Origin: Dehalococcoidia bacterium
Lineage (GTDB): Bacteria > Chloroflexota > Dehalococcoidia > GIF9 > UBA5629
Assembly: GCA_050011565.1 (NCBI GenBank)
Contig: JBEKIW010000003.1
Span: 242,383 to 306,382 of the forward strand
Reading direction: 5' to 3'
DNA length: 64,000 nucleotides
Part shown: positions 29,627 through 38,908 of the stretch, in pieces
How positions within the stretch are numbered: position 1 is the first letter of the stretch
How the letters are laid out: the number at the start of each line of letters is the position of its first letter
Made by a program: the position numbers and the translations under genes
Notes under the pieces: generated by a model
What the model saw: only the letters and a program-made list of their open reading frames with translations
Database searches by the model: none
What the model was told of the DNA's origin: nothing

Positions 29627-30517
29627 GTGAAGCTAAAAATATGGTTTCTTGAGACCAGGCCACAGTTTTTATTACTTTCTGTAGTGCTGGCTTTTCTGGG
29701 CACCTCTATTGCCTGGCATGATGGTGCCTTTCATCTTGGCTATGCAATCCTGGCTTTCATTGGCCTCCTGTTGTGCCATATCAGCGTCAATGTCCTCAAC
29801 GACTACTACGATTACAAAAGCGGCATCGACCTCAAGACCAGAAGGACGCCGTTCAGCGGCGGCAGTGGTTTTCTACCCGCTGCCTCTCTAAATCCCAAGC
29901 ACGTCTTGTGGTTCGGCCTGGCTTGCTTCCTGCTGGCGGTGCCGATAGGTATTTACTTCGTGCTGGTTAGCGGCTGGCTATTGCTGCCTTTGCTCGTTAT
30001 CGCGGCTATATGCATTCTCTTCTATACGCCGCTATTAACCAAACGGGGCTGGCCTGAGTGGTCGCCGGGCATCGGCCTAGGTGCATTGCCCATTCTCGGA
30101 GCTTACTTCGTCCAGACAGGCGAATACACACTTCCTGCCGTTGTAGCTGCCATACCGTCCGGGATATTAGTGCACAACCTGCTACTGTTGAACGAATTCC
30201 CCGATGCCGAAGCCGATAAAACGGCGGGCAGAAAAACACTGCCCATAACTATGGGCGGGAGAGGTGCCGGTATAGTCTATTCGGTGCTAACCATAATACT
30301 CTACCTGTGGATCATCGCCTGGGTAGCAGCCGGGCTGATGCCGGTTTTCTGCCTGATAGCACTGGCAACGCTCCCCTTCGCCGTCAGAGCAATTCGAGGT
30401 GCGCTTAGATACCACGACGAAAGCAAGCTGATGCCAGCCATGGCTAGTAATGTACTGGTTGTCCTGTTGACCCAGTTGCTTCTAGGCATCGGTTATATTC
30501 TGGCAGGAGTTTTCTAA
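29627..30517 (+). CDS. UbiA/MenA family prenyltransferase
   Basis: NVLNDYYDYKSGID, TPFSGGS, NEFPDAEADKTAGRKT. Confidence 0.9.
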   Translation: MKLKIWFLETRPQFLLLSVVLAFLGTSIAWHDGAFHLGYAILAFIGLLLCHISVNVLNDYYDYKSGIDLKTRRTPFSGGSGFLPAASLNPKHVLWFGLACFLLAVPIGIYFVLVSGWLLLPLLVIAAICILFYTPLLTKRGWPEWSPGIGLGALPILGAYFVQTGEYTLPAVVAAIPSGILVHNLLLLNEFPDAEADKTAGRKTLPITMGGRGAGIVYSVLTIILYLWIIAWVAAGLMPVFCLIALATLPFAVRAIRGALRYHDESKLMPAMASNVLVVLLTQLLLGIGYILAGVF

Positions 30518-30529
30518 GATAAAATAATT

Positions 30530-30617
30530 TGTCATCGCGAGGGGCATCAGCCCCGTGGCGATCTCGGTATGTGGCTGACAAAAGCAATGAGATTGCTTCG
30601 CTTCGCTCGCAATGACA
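30530..30617. repeat. Inverted doublet of family A REP-like palindromes
   Basis: TGTCATCGCGAGGGGCATCAGCCCCGTGGCGATCTC (30530-30565) then GAGATTGCTTCGCTTCGCTCGCAATGACA (30589-30617). Confidence 0.85.
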
Positions 30618-30630
30618 AACGAGGTATACT

Positions 30631-32334
30631 ATGTCCACCGACCTTATTCTACTGCATGCACCCAGTGTCTACGATTTCCGCAAAAAGACCATACTTTACG
30701 GACCGGTCAGCGACTTAATCCCGCCTTCTTACGTCTTCGAAATGTACCCCATCGGGCTTACCAGCATCGCCGAATATCTGGAACGCTTCGGTTATCGAGT
30801 GCGCATCGTAAATCTTGCCGTGCGTATGCTCCGGGACAGAAAATTCGATGCCGAAGCCTTTATAAGGCAGCTTAAAGCTCCGGTCTTCGGCATCGACCTC
30901 CACTGGATGTTGCATTGCCATGGCGCCATCGAGGTGGCCAGGATAGTCAAGAAATGGCACCCTGAATCAAAGCTCATATTCGGCGGCTTTTCCTCCACCT
31001 ACTTCTATAAGGAGCTGCTTGAATATCCCGAGATAGATTATGTGCTCAGGGGCGATTCCACGGAGGAGCCATTCAGGCAGCTAATGGACTGCATAAAAAA
31101 CCATAAAGAGCCTGAAAAAGTCCCTAATCTTGTCTGGAAAGATGGCCGTGGCAAGATACACGAAAATCCCTTCTCCCACGTTCCCACCGACATCGACGAT
31201 GTAATGGTCAATCATTTCGGCAATGTGATACGCTCGGTCATCAGGTTCCGAGACTTTGTCAGCTACACACCGGTCAAGGACTGGGCTCGCTATCCCATAA
31301 CGGCGGTCCTTACCTGCCGCGGTTGCACGGAGAACTGCGTTATTTGCGGCGGCTCTGCCGCAGCCTTCAGGAAATGCTATAACCGGGCCAGACCGGTTTT
31401 CCGTTCTCCGGAAACCGTAATTCGTGACATCAAACAAATCTCGCGCTTCAGTAACGGACCCATCTTCATACTCGGTGACTTGAATCAAGCGGGTGAAGCA
31501 TACGCCAACAAGGTTTTGAACCTGCTTCGCCGGAACCCGGTAAAGAACCAGTTTATACTCGAATTATTCTATCCGGCCTCAAAGGAGTTTCTGCGCCGGA
31601 TGAGCCTGGCCTGCCCTGACTTCTGCCTGGAGATTTCTCCCGAATCGCATGACCCCGCCATAAGAAAAATAATGGGCCGGCCATATTCCGATAAGGACCT
31701 GGAACAAACGCTGAGCGACGCCCTGGAAGTGGGCTGCCGGCGCCTGGATGTATTCTTCATGATTGGCTTATCCCGGCAGACGCCGCAGTCGGTAATGGAC
31801 ACCATCGATTATTGCGAGCACTTATTTCAAAGATTTCGCGGAGACAAGCGCCTTTCGCTGTTTATCTCTCCGCTGGCGCCGTTTCTCGACCCCGGTAGCC
31901 TGGGTTTTGAGCATCCCGAGCGCTACGGTTACCACGTACTGTTTCGGAAGTTAGAAGACTATCGCCAGGCGCTGGTATCTCCGAGCTGGAAATATTCCAT
32001 GAACTATGAGACTGACTGGATGACCCGCCAGCAGATTGTGGATACCTCTTATGAAGCCATACTGCGCCTGAACCAGCTCAGGGTGAAGTACAACATCATA
32101 CCCGGGAAATTGGCCGGAATAAGCGAGCAGCGCCTGAGGGCTGCCTGGGAAATGGCACACCGCATTGATGACCTGCTGTTTAAAAACAGTATTGAGGAAA
32201 TAGACTGCTTGAAACCTGAGGTGGACAGAATCAACATGTTCCCCGTGGCTGAGAAAATCCAGCTGGAGGTGCCTCCGCCATTCATCAAACTGAAGCCATT
32301 CCGGGCCCTCTGGTACTCATTGACAGGGCAATAA
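30631..32334 (+). CDS. B12-binding domain radical SAM protein (TIGR04190-like)
   Basis: DLILLHAPSVYDFR, FEMYPIG, GIDLHW, RGDSTE, CTENCVICGGS (CxxxCxxC), SPES, PFLDPGS. Confidence 0.85.
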   Translation: MSTDLILLHAPSVYDFRKKTILYGPVSDLIPPSYVFEMYPIGLTSIAEYLERFGYRVRIVNLAVRMLRDRKFDAEAFIRQLKAPVFGIDLHWMLHCHGAIEVARIVKKWHPESKLIFGGFSSTYFYKELLEYPEIDYVLRGDSTEEPFRQLMDCIKNHKEPEKVPNLVWKDGRGKIHENPFSHVPTDIDDVMVNHFGNVIRSVIRFRDFVSYTPVKDWARYPITAVLTCRGCTENCVICGGSAAAFRKCYNRARPVFRSPETVIRDIKQISRFSNGPIFILGDLNQAGEAYANKVLNLLRRNPVKNQFILELFYPASKEFLRRMSLACPDFCLEISPESHDPAIRKIMGRPYSDKDLEQTLSDALEVGCRRLDVFFMIGLSRQTPQSVMDTIDYCEHLFQRFRGDKRLSLFISPLAPFLDPGSLGFEHPERYGYHVLFRKLEDYRQALVSPSWKYSMNYETDWMTRQQIVDTSYEAILRLNQLRVKYNIIPGKLAGISEQRLRAAWEMAHRIDDLLFKNSIEEIDCLKPEVDRINMFPVAEKIQLEVPPPFIKLKPFRALWYSLTGQ

Positions 32335-32418
32335 GACTTGATATCTCGAAATGGCGGTGGTGCAATCCCTGATTACGACTCGAATATTTCATTAACTACC
32401 AACAGAGGTTAATCTATA

Positions 32419-32928
32419 TTGGTAAATAAGAACATCCTCATACGCAATGCGCGGTCTGATGAGTTGGACGAGGTATCACTGCTGCTCAAAGATGCCTACC
32501 AGCAGTATGAGAATATCATCCGGCCTGAAGCTTGGAAACCATATCTGGAAGACATAATGGATGTGCGAAGCCGCCGGGGCAAGTCAGATTTGATTGTTGC
32601 TGAACTGAACCATCGGCTTACAGGCTCTGTCACCCTCTATCTGGATGGTTCGCACTCGTTTCCAGAAGCGTGGCCGGGAGGTTGGGCAGTAGTTCGTTTG
32701 CTGGCAGTTCACCCGAAATACCGTGGCCAGGGTATTGGCCGCGCGCTTATGGAAGAATGTATTCATCGCTGCCGTCAAGCCAAGGTAGCAGCCATCGGCC
32801 TGCATACTACGGAAGCCATGGATATCGCGCGACAGATGTATGAGCGGATGGGGTTTGTGCGAGTGCCGGAATCTGATTTTCACCCCGCTCCGGATGTTAC
32901 AGTAATGGCTTACAGCCTCCGGCTTTGA
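32419..32928 (+). CDS. GNAT family N-acetyltransferase
   Basis: LAVHPKYRGQGIGRAL, MYERMGF. Confidence 0.88.
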   Translation: MVNKNILIRNARSDELDEVSLLLKDAYQQYENIIRPEAWKPYLEDIMDVRSRRGKSDLIVAELNHRLTGSVTLYLDGSHSFPEAWPGGWAVVRLLAVHPKYRGQGIGRALMEECIHRCRQAKVAAIGLHTTEAMDIARQMYERMGFVRVPESDFHPAPDVTVMAYSLRL

Positions 32929-32975
32929 ACAATGTGCCCACAGTCCAGATTAGTTGAAGCGGCTTCTGTGACGTA

Positions 32976-33004
32976 TTGACAAAATCCAGACCGCAGGGTA
33001 GACT
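32976..33004 (+). promoter_or_regulatory. sigma70-type promoter of the substrate-binding protein gene
   Basis: TTGACA, 17 nt spacer, TAGACT. Confidence 0.55.
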
Positions 33005-33270
33005 GATTCCGAAAAAACAAATACAACCAACACCTTAAATAACGTTAACTGGCTAGAAGTAGTGCAGGGATGAAAAAAGGCACGGCAATCGCTAGATAAT
33101 GTAGTGATGGCTGGTGCCTTTTTAGTTAAGAAGGGGGGTGAACCGGGCAGAAACTGATATTGAGGTACACAGTTTATGGGGCAACTGTAGGGAGCGAGGA
33201 AGTATCGCTGTGGTACAAACAGCGAAAACTCATAAACAAGGCAGTAAAAATATAAAAGGGAGGTGATTAA

Positions 33271-34650
33271 TTGGTCAGAAAGGTTTGCTTTACTCTACTA
33301 GCCGTACTACTTATGGCTGCGATGGTGATGATTGGCTGCGGGCCAAAAGCACCGGTATCGACAGAACCGATAGTAATCGGCTATGTCGGACAGGTGTCGT
33401 CTCCCGGCGTAAAGCCCGCCATGGATGCCATGCAGATGGCGTGCGACGAGATAAACGCCGCCGGCGGAGTCGGTGGTACTCAGCTTAAATTTGTAGTTGA
33501 AGACAGTAAAGGGGATACCTCATTGGCGGTAGCTGCAGCTACCAGAATGGTGCTTGATGACAAAGCACTCATCTACTTTGTGGAAGGCAGGACCGAGATA
33601 TGCCTGGCCGTTACGCCAAAATCGGTAGAGCTTTATAAAGAGCGACCACACATACTTATTTATCAGGGCCCCATGGGTAGAGAGCTGACGACACCGGTAA
33701 TGGACGATTATAATACATACAAGTTCTGCTTCCGAGATTACGACCCTGAAGACGGCCATTATTCCTCTATACCGGCTACTTTCGCCTTTTTCAAAGAGGT
33801 AGTAGGGGCAACTAAGATTGCCTGGCTCTGGGAAGACCTCGCCTGGACAAAATTATGGCGAAATGGCATTCCCGAGAAGAATCTGCCGAAGTGGACGGAT
33901 TATGCCAAGCAGACATACGGCCTGGAGACAGTCTATGACAAACCGGTAAGGGCTAAAATGGGGATGTACTTGCCGATACTGGAAGGGATAGCCGCAAGCG
34001 GAGCAGAGGTGATATTCTTCTGTTCCAGCTGGTTCACCGACACCGATGTTTTCGCCAAGCAGTGGGCTGAGTCTTCAGCTAAGGACATACAAGTATGCTT
34101 TTATGGCGGAACATCACAGACCTACGATTTCTGGGACCTGACCGGCGGTAAGTGCCTGGGGGCACTTAGCCCGTTTTATGAGAAGGAGATTCCCGCCACC
34201 CCAGACACTATTGCATGGTTGCAGAAGTGCCATTCAAAGGGAATCCCGGTGCAGAATAATGTAATCGTGGGCTACGCCGACATTTATCTTATCAAGAAGT
34301 TAATAGAGAAAGTCGGCAGTACCGATGTTGAAGCCTTAATACCGGCGCTGGAAGGGCTGTACGTAGAGAATGTGGGACCGGTAACACTGCAGGGAATATG
34401 TGGGGATAAAGTTTCACCATTTTTCCACTCACGCTTTGATTGCGACCCCAATAATCCTTTGGTGCCGAACCCAATCTTTTTGCCTGACAAGTATATAAAC
34501 CCCTTAGGCCAGTTCCAGGGGAAGGATAATGTAGTCCTGATGGGCACTGGATTTAAGAGTGAGGAGAATCCGCCGCGGTATAAGGGAGAATTTGCCGAGC
34601 CCGAGAAGTACAAGACTCCTGCCCAGTTGCGACAAGAAGCTGGTCAGTAG
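33271..34650 (+). CDS. ABC transporter substrate-binding lipoprotein (LivJ/HAAT family)
   Basis: Lipobox MIGC, EPIVIG, ACDEINAAGGV, VEDSKGD. Confidence 0.85.
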   Translation: MVRKVCFTLLAVLLMAAMVMIGCGPKAPVSTEPIVIGYVGQVSSPGVKPAMDAMQMACDEINAAGGVGGTQLKFVVEDSKGDTSLAVAAATRMVLDDKALIYFVEGRTEICLAVTPKSVELYKERPHILIYQGPMGRELTTPVMDDYNTYKFCFRDYDPEDGHYSSIPATFAFFKEVVGATKIAWLWEDLAWTKLWRNGIPEKNLPKWTDYAKQTYGLETVYDKPVRAKMGMYLPILEGIAASGAEVIFFCSSWFTDTDVFAKQWAESSAKDIQVCFYGGTSQTYDFWDLTGGKCLGALSPFYEKEIPATPDTIAWLQKCHSKGIPVQNNVIVGYADIYLIKKLIEKVGSTDVEALIPALEGLYVENVGPVTLQGICGDKVSPFFHSRFDCDPNNPLVPNPIFLPDKYINPLGQFQGKDNVVLMGTGFKSEENPPRYKGEFAEPEKYKTPAQLRQEAGQ

Positions 34651-34728
34651 ACTTCACTCAAGACTGATCTTAATTTACGGATTTCGGACCGGTTTGAAAA
34701 TCGGTAACTAAAGCGACGTTGGAGCTAA

Positions 34729-34762
34729 AAAAGAAAGAGCCTCAGTTGAGGCTCTTTCTTTT
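34729..34762. terminator. Bidirectional intrinsic terminator
   Basis: AAAAGAAAGAGCCTCA-gt-TGAGGCTCTTTCTTTT perfect inverted repeat between convergent genes. Confidence 0.9.
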
Positions 34763-34781
34763 GCTTTATTTCCAGCGAAGC

Positions 34782-36110
34782 TTAATCTGAAAGATATTTT
34801 TTACGGATATAGTCGTTATCCTGACCGATATCGCAGGATATCCACTTTACTCTCGGCGGTGACTCCGACATTTTTATAAAGTTGGCCGGGATAACGAACT
34901 TTCCCAGTTTCTTATCATCGAACTCCTGAAACGTTTTGCGTATAGTCCAGTGCGGATTTATCATAGCCTCGGAAGGCTTCGGCACCTTCATAATGATAGG
35001 CACACCGCCACCTCTCCACTTAGAGCGCGCTGACTTTATGCTGTATTCCAGTGCCTTCTTTATAAGCTCGTCTGAGGTATATTTAACTGTTTCCGCCTCT
35101 ATCAAGCCATATAATTTCTCTATTTGCTCCAGTATATCCGTTATGCGGTCGAAGGTAAACCTCCAGTCGTCCTCAATTTTCCATAGTTTAAGAATTTTAA
35201 GTAGTGCTCTAAAGTCATGGTCGCGGGGAGCCGCTATAGCCACAATACCATCTTTGCTCTTCCAGAACCCGTATGGATATAGAGTGAAGTCGTGGCGACC
35301 CAGTCTGGGCCGGGCTTTTTCCCAGGTGTAGCCAATAAACACCGGATATCCCACAAGTGACGCATAGGCATCCGCAGTTGCCACATCTATCATCTGGCCT
35401 TCATCGGTGGCTTCCTTATACACCAGAGCCATAGCTCCACCCAAAGCGGCTTCTAAACCCGATATATACCACCCTATCCAGGCTCCGGCTCTAAAAGGCC
35501 AGTTATATGGTTCAGGAGAAATGTCAGGGTCCCCTATATTTGCCGCCAGACCTGAGGCAGCCTGAGATGTTATATCTGAGTCGGGTAAATTGCGGAACTC
35601 CTTGGCTTTATCGGTGTACTGACCGTAAGGAGTAATTGCAATGTAGACCAGGCCTGGATTGGCCTGACTCAGCTGCCGGTAGCCTATCCCCCAAGAGTCC
35701 ATCTGCCCTGCAGGGAAAGTCTCAATTAAGACATCGGCCTTTGCTGCCAGCTTTTCAAAGTCTCTGCGGCCCTTTGCCGTCCTGACGTCCAGCGTCAGAT
35801 AACGCTTGTTTCTGGCCTCCATTATAAAAGGAATACCCACGCCGTTTACATTAGCGCCATAGGGTGTTATTTTTCTTGACGGGTCCCCCTCGGTAGGCTC
35901 AATTTTAATGACCTCGGCACCGAATTCGGCGAATAAACTGGCGGCTATGATTCCCGAGAAATTAGCATAACTGGCGTCAAGGACTACAACGCCGTCTAAA
36001 ACTTCAGGCTTTCCCTCCGGGCTTATCATGTTGGCTAAGAACTTTTCGCGTTCCCGCCTGGAAATGCCGTACCTTACTAAAACTTGCTCTTTCTCTTTCC
36101 CCTTACTCAT
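34782..36110 (-). CDS. Class III CoA-transferase (CaiB/BaiF) subunit, probably non-catalytic
   Basis: LDGVVVLD, FGAEVIKIEP, RNKR, ITPYGQ; IGWYISG at the catalytic Asp position. Confidence 0.88.
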   Translation of the reverse strand: MSKGKEKEQVLVRYGISRREREKFLANMISPEGKPEVLDGVVVLDASYANFSGIIAASLFAEFGAEVIKIEPTEGDPSRKITPYGANVNGVGIPFIMEARNKRYLTLDVRTAKGRRDFEKLAAKADVLIETFPAGQMDSWGIGYRQLSQANPGLVYIAITPYGQYTDKAKEFRNLPDSDITSQAASGLAANIGDPDISPEPYNWPFRAGAWIGWYISGLEAALGGAMALVYKEATDEGQMIDVATADAYASLVGYPVFIGYTWEKARPRLGRHDFTLYPYGFWKSKDGIVAIAAPRDHDFRALLKILKLWKIEDDWRFTFDRITDILEQIEKLYGLIEAETVKYTSDELIKKALEYSIKSARSKWRGGGVPIIMKVPKPSEAMINPHWTIRKTFQEFDDKKLGKFVIPANFIKMSESPPRVKWISCDIGQDNDYIRKKYLSD

Positions 36111-37465
36111 GGGCTTTGTTTCCCCCCATCACCCTGATAATTAAACACGGGGTCTTTCTCAATATCGTAGTATACCGGCGGTTTGATGCCCGGCCTGTCA
36201 TCCCAGTACCCTATGACCCTCTCCTTCTCCAGCTTTTTTATTTCTTCTTCCGATAATCTAAAAAATGTCTTCAGCACGTAGCGATTGTGATAGCCAAGCG
36301 GCCTGGAAAGCCATTTTACTCTACCGGGAGTTTTGCTTAACATGGCTGATGGCCCAGGCAACACAAACTCTCGATACATATCGTCCTTGAAAACTATGAC
36401 ACTTCCCCTCTCCCTCCGCCATTCATCATTAGCTATTTGGAAATCGTCCATTACCTCCGCGACAGGGAAGCCGTGCTCTTTAGCCAAATTAACTATTTCA
36501 GCGCTTTCCTTTTTGCTAACCCACTCCTGCGCAATATCATATAGTCTACTGGCATTTTCCGGCTTTAACCTCTCAAACCCGTCTTTATATTCTGTCGCCA
36601 GCTTTTTCTGTCCCATGGCTGAAGACAGCGCTTTAAATTGTTCCTCTGTGGCAACTGCCAGAGCCACAAACTTACCATCACGAGATTTGAATATGCCCGA
36701 TGGCGCCATTGTTGGGTCGGTATTGCCCACACGCTCCAGCTCTTCGTTGGTTATGCTGAAATAGGTAAAATTGGGCAATATCCGCATTAAAGCTTCCGAT
36801 TGTGCCAGGTCTATATACTGCCCCCTGCCGGTCTTCTTCCGATGGTAGAGAGCCATGACCAGCGCCAGCGCACCTACATTTCCCGGAAAGTAATCCCCGA
36901 GATAATCGGGCAGCTTGTAGTATTTATCTGTTCCGGGATAACCCGTCAGACTTATGGCGCCGCTGGCAGCCTGGGCCAGCAAATCCCAGCCGGGGAAAAA
37001 CCTCAGTGGACCGTACTGCCCGTAGGTGGCACAACTCAAATAGATTATTTTAGGGTTGATTTCGCTGAGCTGGCTGTATCCAACTCCCCAGGCTTCCGCG
37101 GTGCCGGCGGCAAAGTTTTCAACCACCACATCGGCTTGTTCGACTAACTTGTAAATCAGCTCTTTCCCTTTAGGCAACTTCAAGTTAACCGATAGAAAGT
37201 TTTTATTGTAGTGTACAAAATGGAAGCAGACGCTTGAGTGCTTCCAGAACTTACCCCAGTAGACTCCAAATCTCCACAAGTCACCGACAAAAGGCATTTC
37301 AATCTTAAATACTTCTGCACCGTACTGTGCCAGTAGCCTGGCGGCAATAGGTCCAAATATTACATGCGAGAAATCCAGGACTTTAATCCCGTTAAATACC
37401 TCGGGCTTTTCTTTTATCTTAGACGGGTCGAACAGCTTCTTGGTATAGTCGAAGTAGTCTTCCAT
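36107..37465 (-). CDS. Class III CoA-transferase (CaiB/BaiF) subunit
   Basis: GIKVLDFS, ADVVVENF, YGQYGP, PGWD, LGDYFPG. Confidence 0.9.
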   Translation of the reverse strand: MEDYFDYTKKLFDPSKIKEKPEVFNGIKVLDFSHVIFGPIAARLLAQYGAEVFKIEMPFVGDLWRFGVYWGKFWKHSSVCFHFVHYNKNFLSVNLKLPKGKELIYKLVEQADVVVENFAAGTAEAWGVGYSQLSEINPKIIYLSCATYGQYGPLRFFPGWDLLAQAASGAISLTGYPGTDKYYKLPDYLGDYFPGNVGALALVMALYHRKKTGRGQYIDLAQSEALMRILPNFTYFSITNEELERVGNTDPTMAPSGIFKSRDGKFVALAVATEEQFKALSSAMGQKKLATEYKDGFERLKPENASRLYDIAQEWVSKKESAEIVNLAKEHGFPVAEVMDDFQIANDEWRRERGSVIVFKDDMYREFVLPGPSAMLSKTPGRVKWLSRPLGYHNRYVLKTFFRLSEEEIKKLEKERVIGYWDDRPGIKPPVYYDIEKDPVFNYQGDGGKQSP

Positions 37466-37467
37466 TC

Positions 37468-38172
37468 TTATCTTCCTAAATAGGCTTCCTTAATCAGTTC
37501 ACTATCCAGCAGTCTATCACTTGAATCCTCCAGTACCATTCTTCCATTCTCCAGTATGTATCCCCTATCTGAAATCGTTAGTGCTTGACGGGCATTTTGT
37601 TCGGAAAGTAAGGTGGTGATTTTCTCATCACCAAGCTTCCCCAGGATATTGTAGACTTCAGAAAGCAGCTTCGGAGCTAGGCCGAGAGAGGGCTCGTCTA
37701 CCATTATCAATTTCGGCCGAGACATTAAGCCCCTGCCGATAACCAGCATTTGCTGTTCCCCGCCGCTTAAAGTCCGTGCCGGCATATTACTTCTCTCTTT
37801 CAGTAGAGGAAACAGGCCGTATACCCACTCTAACGAATCATTTCTCTTATGCCAGGCTTCGTTAGAATAGGCTCCCAGGAAAAGATTATCCCGCACGTTT
37901 ATATAAGGAAAAATCTTTCTCCCTTCGGGCACCTGGGCAACTCCTCGCCTCACTATCTCGTGGGGAGACATACTATCGATATGTTCGCCCTGGAACACAA
38001 TTTCTCCCGAGACAGGTTTCAGCATCCCCATAATTGTGTTCACTAGTGTCGTTTTACCGGCACCGTTTGAACCCAAGAGCGCTACGATTTCACCCTGTCG
38101 AACATTGAAACTCACATCCCGCAGTATGGGGGTAACGCCATAAGACACATTGAGATTCTTTACCTCAAGCAT
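37468..38172 (-). CDS. Branched-chain-type ABC ATPase (LivF-like)
   Basis: GSNGAGKT, VPEGR, LSGGEQQM, DEPSLGLAP. Confidence 0.93.
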   Translation of the reverse strand: MLEVKNLNVSYGVTPILRDVSFNVRQGEIVALLGSNGAGKTTLVNTIMGMLKPVSGEIVFQGEHIDSMSPHEIVRRGVAQVPEGRKIFPYINVRDNLFLGAYSNEAWHKRNDSLEWVYGLFPLLKERSNMPARTLSGGEQQMLVIGRGLMSRPKLIMVDEPSLGLAPKLLSEVYNILGKLGDEKITTLLSEQNARQALTISDRGYILENGRMVLEDSSDRLLDSELIKEAYLGR

Positions 38173-38173
38173 T

Positions 38174-38905
38174 TTAGCTTTTACCTAAATACGATTCGAT
38201 TACCATTGGATTATTTGCCACTTCCTGAGGACGACCTTCGGCAATCTTTTCGCCGTAGTGCAAGACTATTACCCGTTCGGCAGCCTTCATCAAGACCGCC
38301 ATAACGTGTTCTATCCAAAGCACAGTCACGCCGAACTGGTCTTTGGCGCGTTCAATTAACCTTACGGCCTTCTCCGCCTCTACTGGATTCAACCCGGCCA
38401 TAACTTCGTCAACAAAAATTAGCTTTGGCTCCGTTGCCAGCGCCCTGGCTAACTCCAGGCCTCTCATCTCGAACAAGGTAAGGTCGCGTGCCAGGACATT
38501 TCTCTTACTAAATAAACCGACAAATTCCAGATAATGGGTGGCTTCAGTCATGGCGTCCTCAAAGCTCCTATTTGGCCTGTCCTTGCCATAAAGTGCACTA
38601 ACGACAACACTGGCCAACGTTGTGAGTTCAGGAAATGGCCTTGGTATCTGGTAGGTTCTACATATACCCAGCTTACATCGCTTCCACGGCGGTAACCTGG
38701 TAATATCCTTACCCATAAATTCTACCTTGCCGGAATCAACACTAAGGCTGCCGCATATCATATTGACCAGGGTCGTCTTACCCGCTCCGTTCGGCCCCAT
38801 TAGCCCCACAGTTTCCCCCTCGTTAATAGACAGACTTACTCCATTAACTGCAGTTAAGCCCCCAAAGTGCTTGCTGACATTTGTAACTTTCAGTATTTCG
38901 ACCAC
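38174..38905 (-). CDS. Branched-chain-type ABC ATPase (LivG-like)
   Basis: FGGLTAV, GPNGAGKT, RTYQ, DEVMAGL, IEH. Confidence 0.93.
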   Translation of the reverse strand: MVEILKVTNVSKHFGGLTAVNGVSLSINEGETVGLMGPNGAGKTTLVNMICGSLSVDSGKVEFMGKDITRLPPWKRCKLGICRTYQIPRPFPELTTLASVVVSALYGKDRPNRSFEDAMTEATHYLEFVGLFSKRNVLARDLTLFEMRGLELARALATEPKLIFVDEVMAGLNPVEAEKAVRLIERAKDQFGVTVLWIEHVMAVLMKAAERVIVLHYGEKIAEGRPQEVANNPMVIESYLGKS

Positions 38906-38908
38906 GAA

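Noticed and set aside
33079-33092. GG-N10-GC sigma54-like motif (GGCACGGCAATCGC)
   Set aside because: Lacks the usual TGGC and TTGC flanks, lies within a hairpin arm, and a good sigma70 promoter is just upstream
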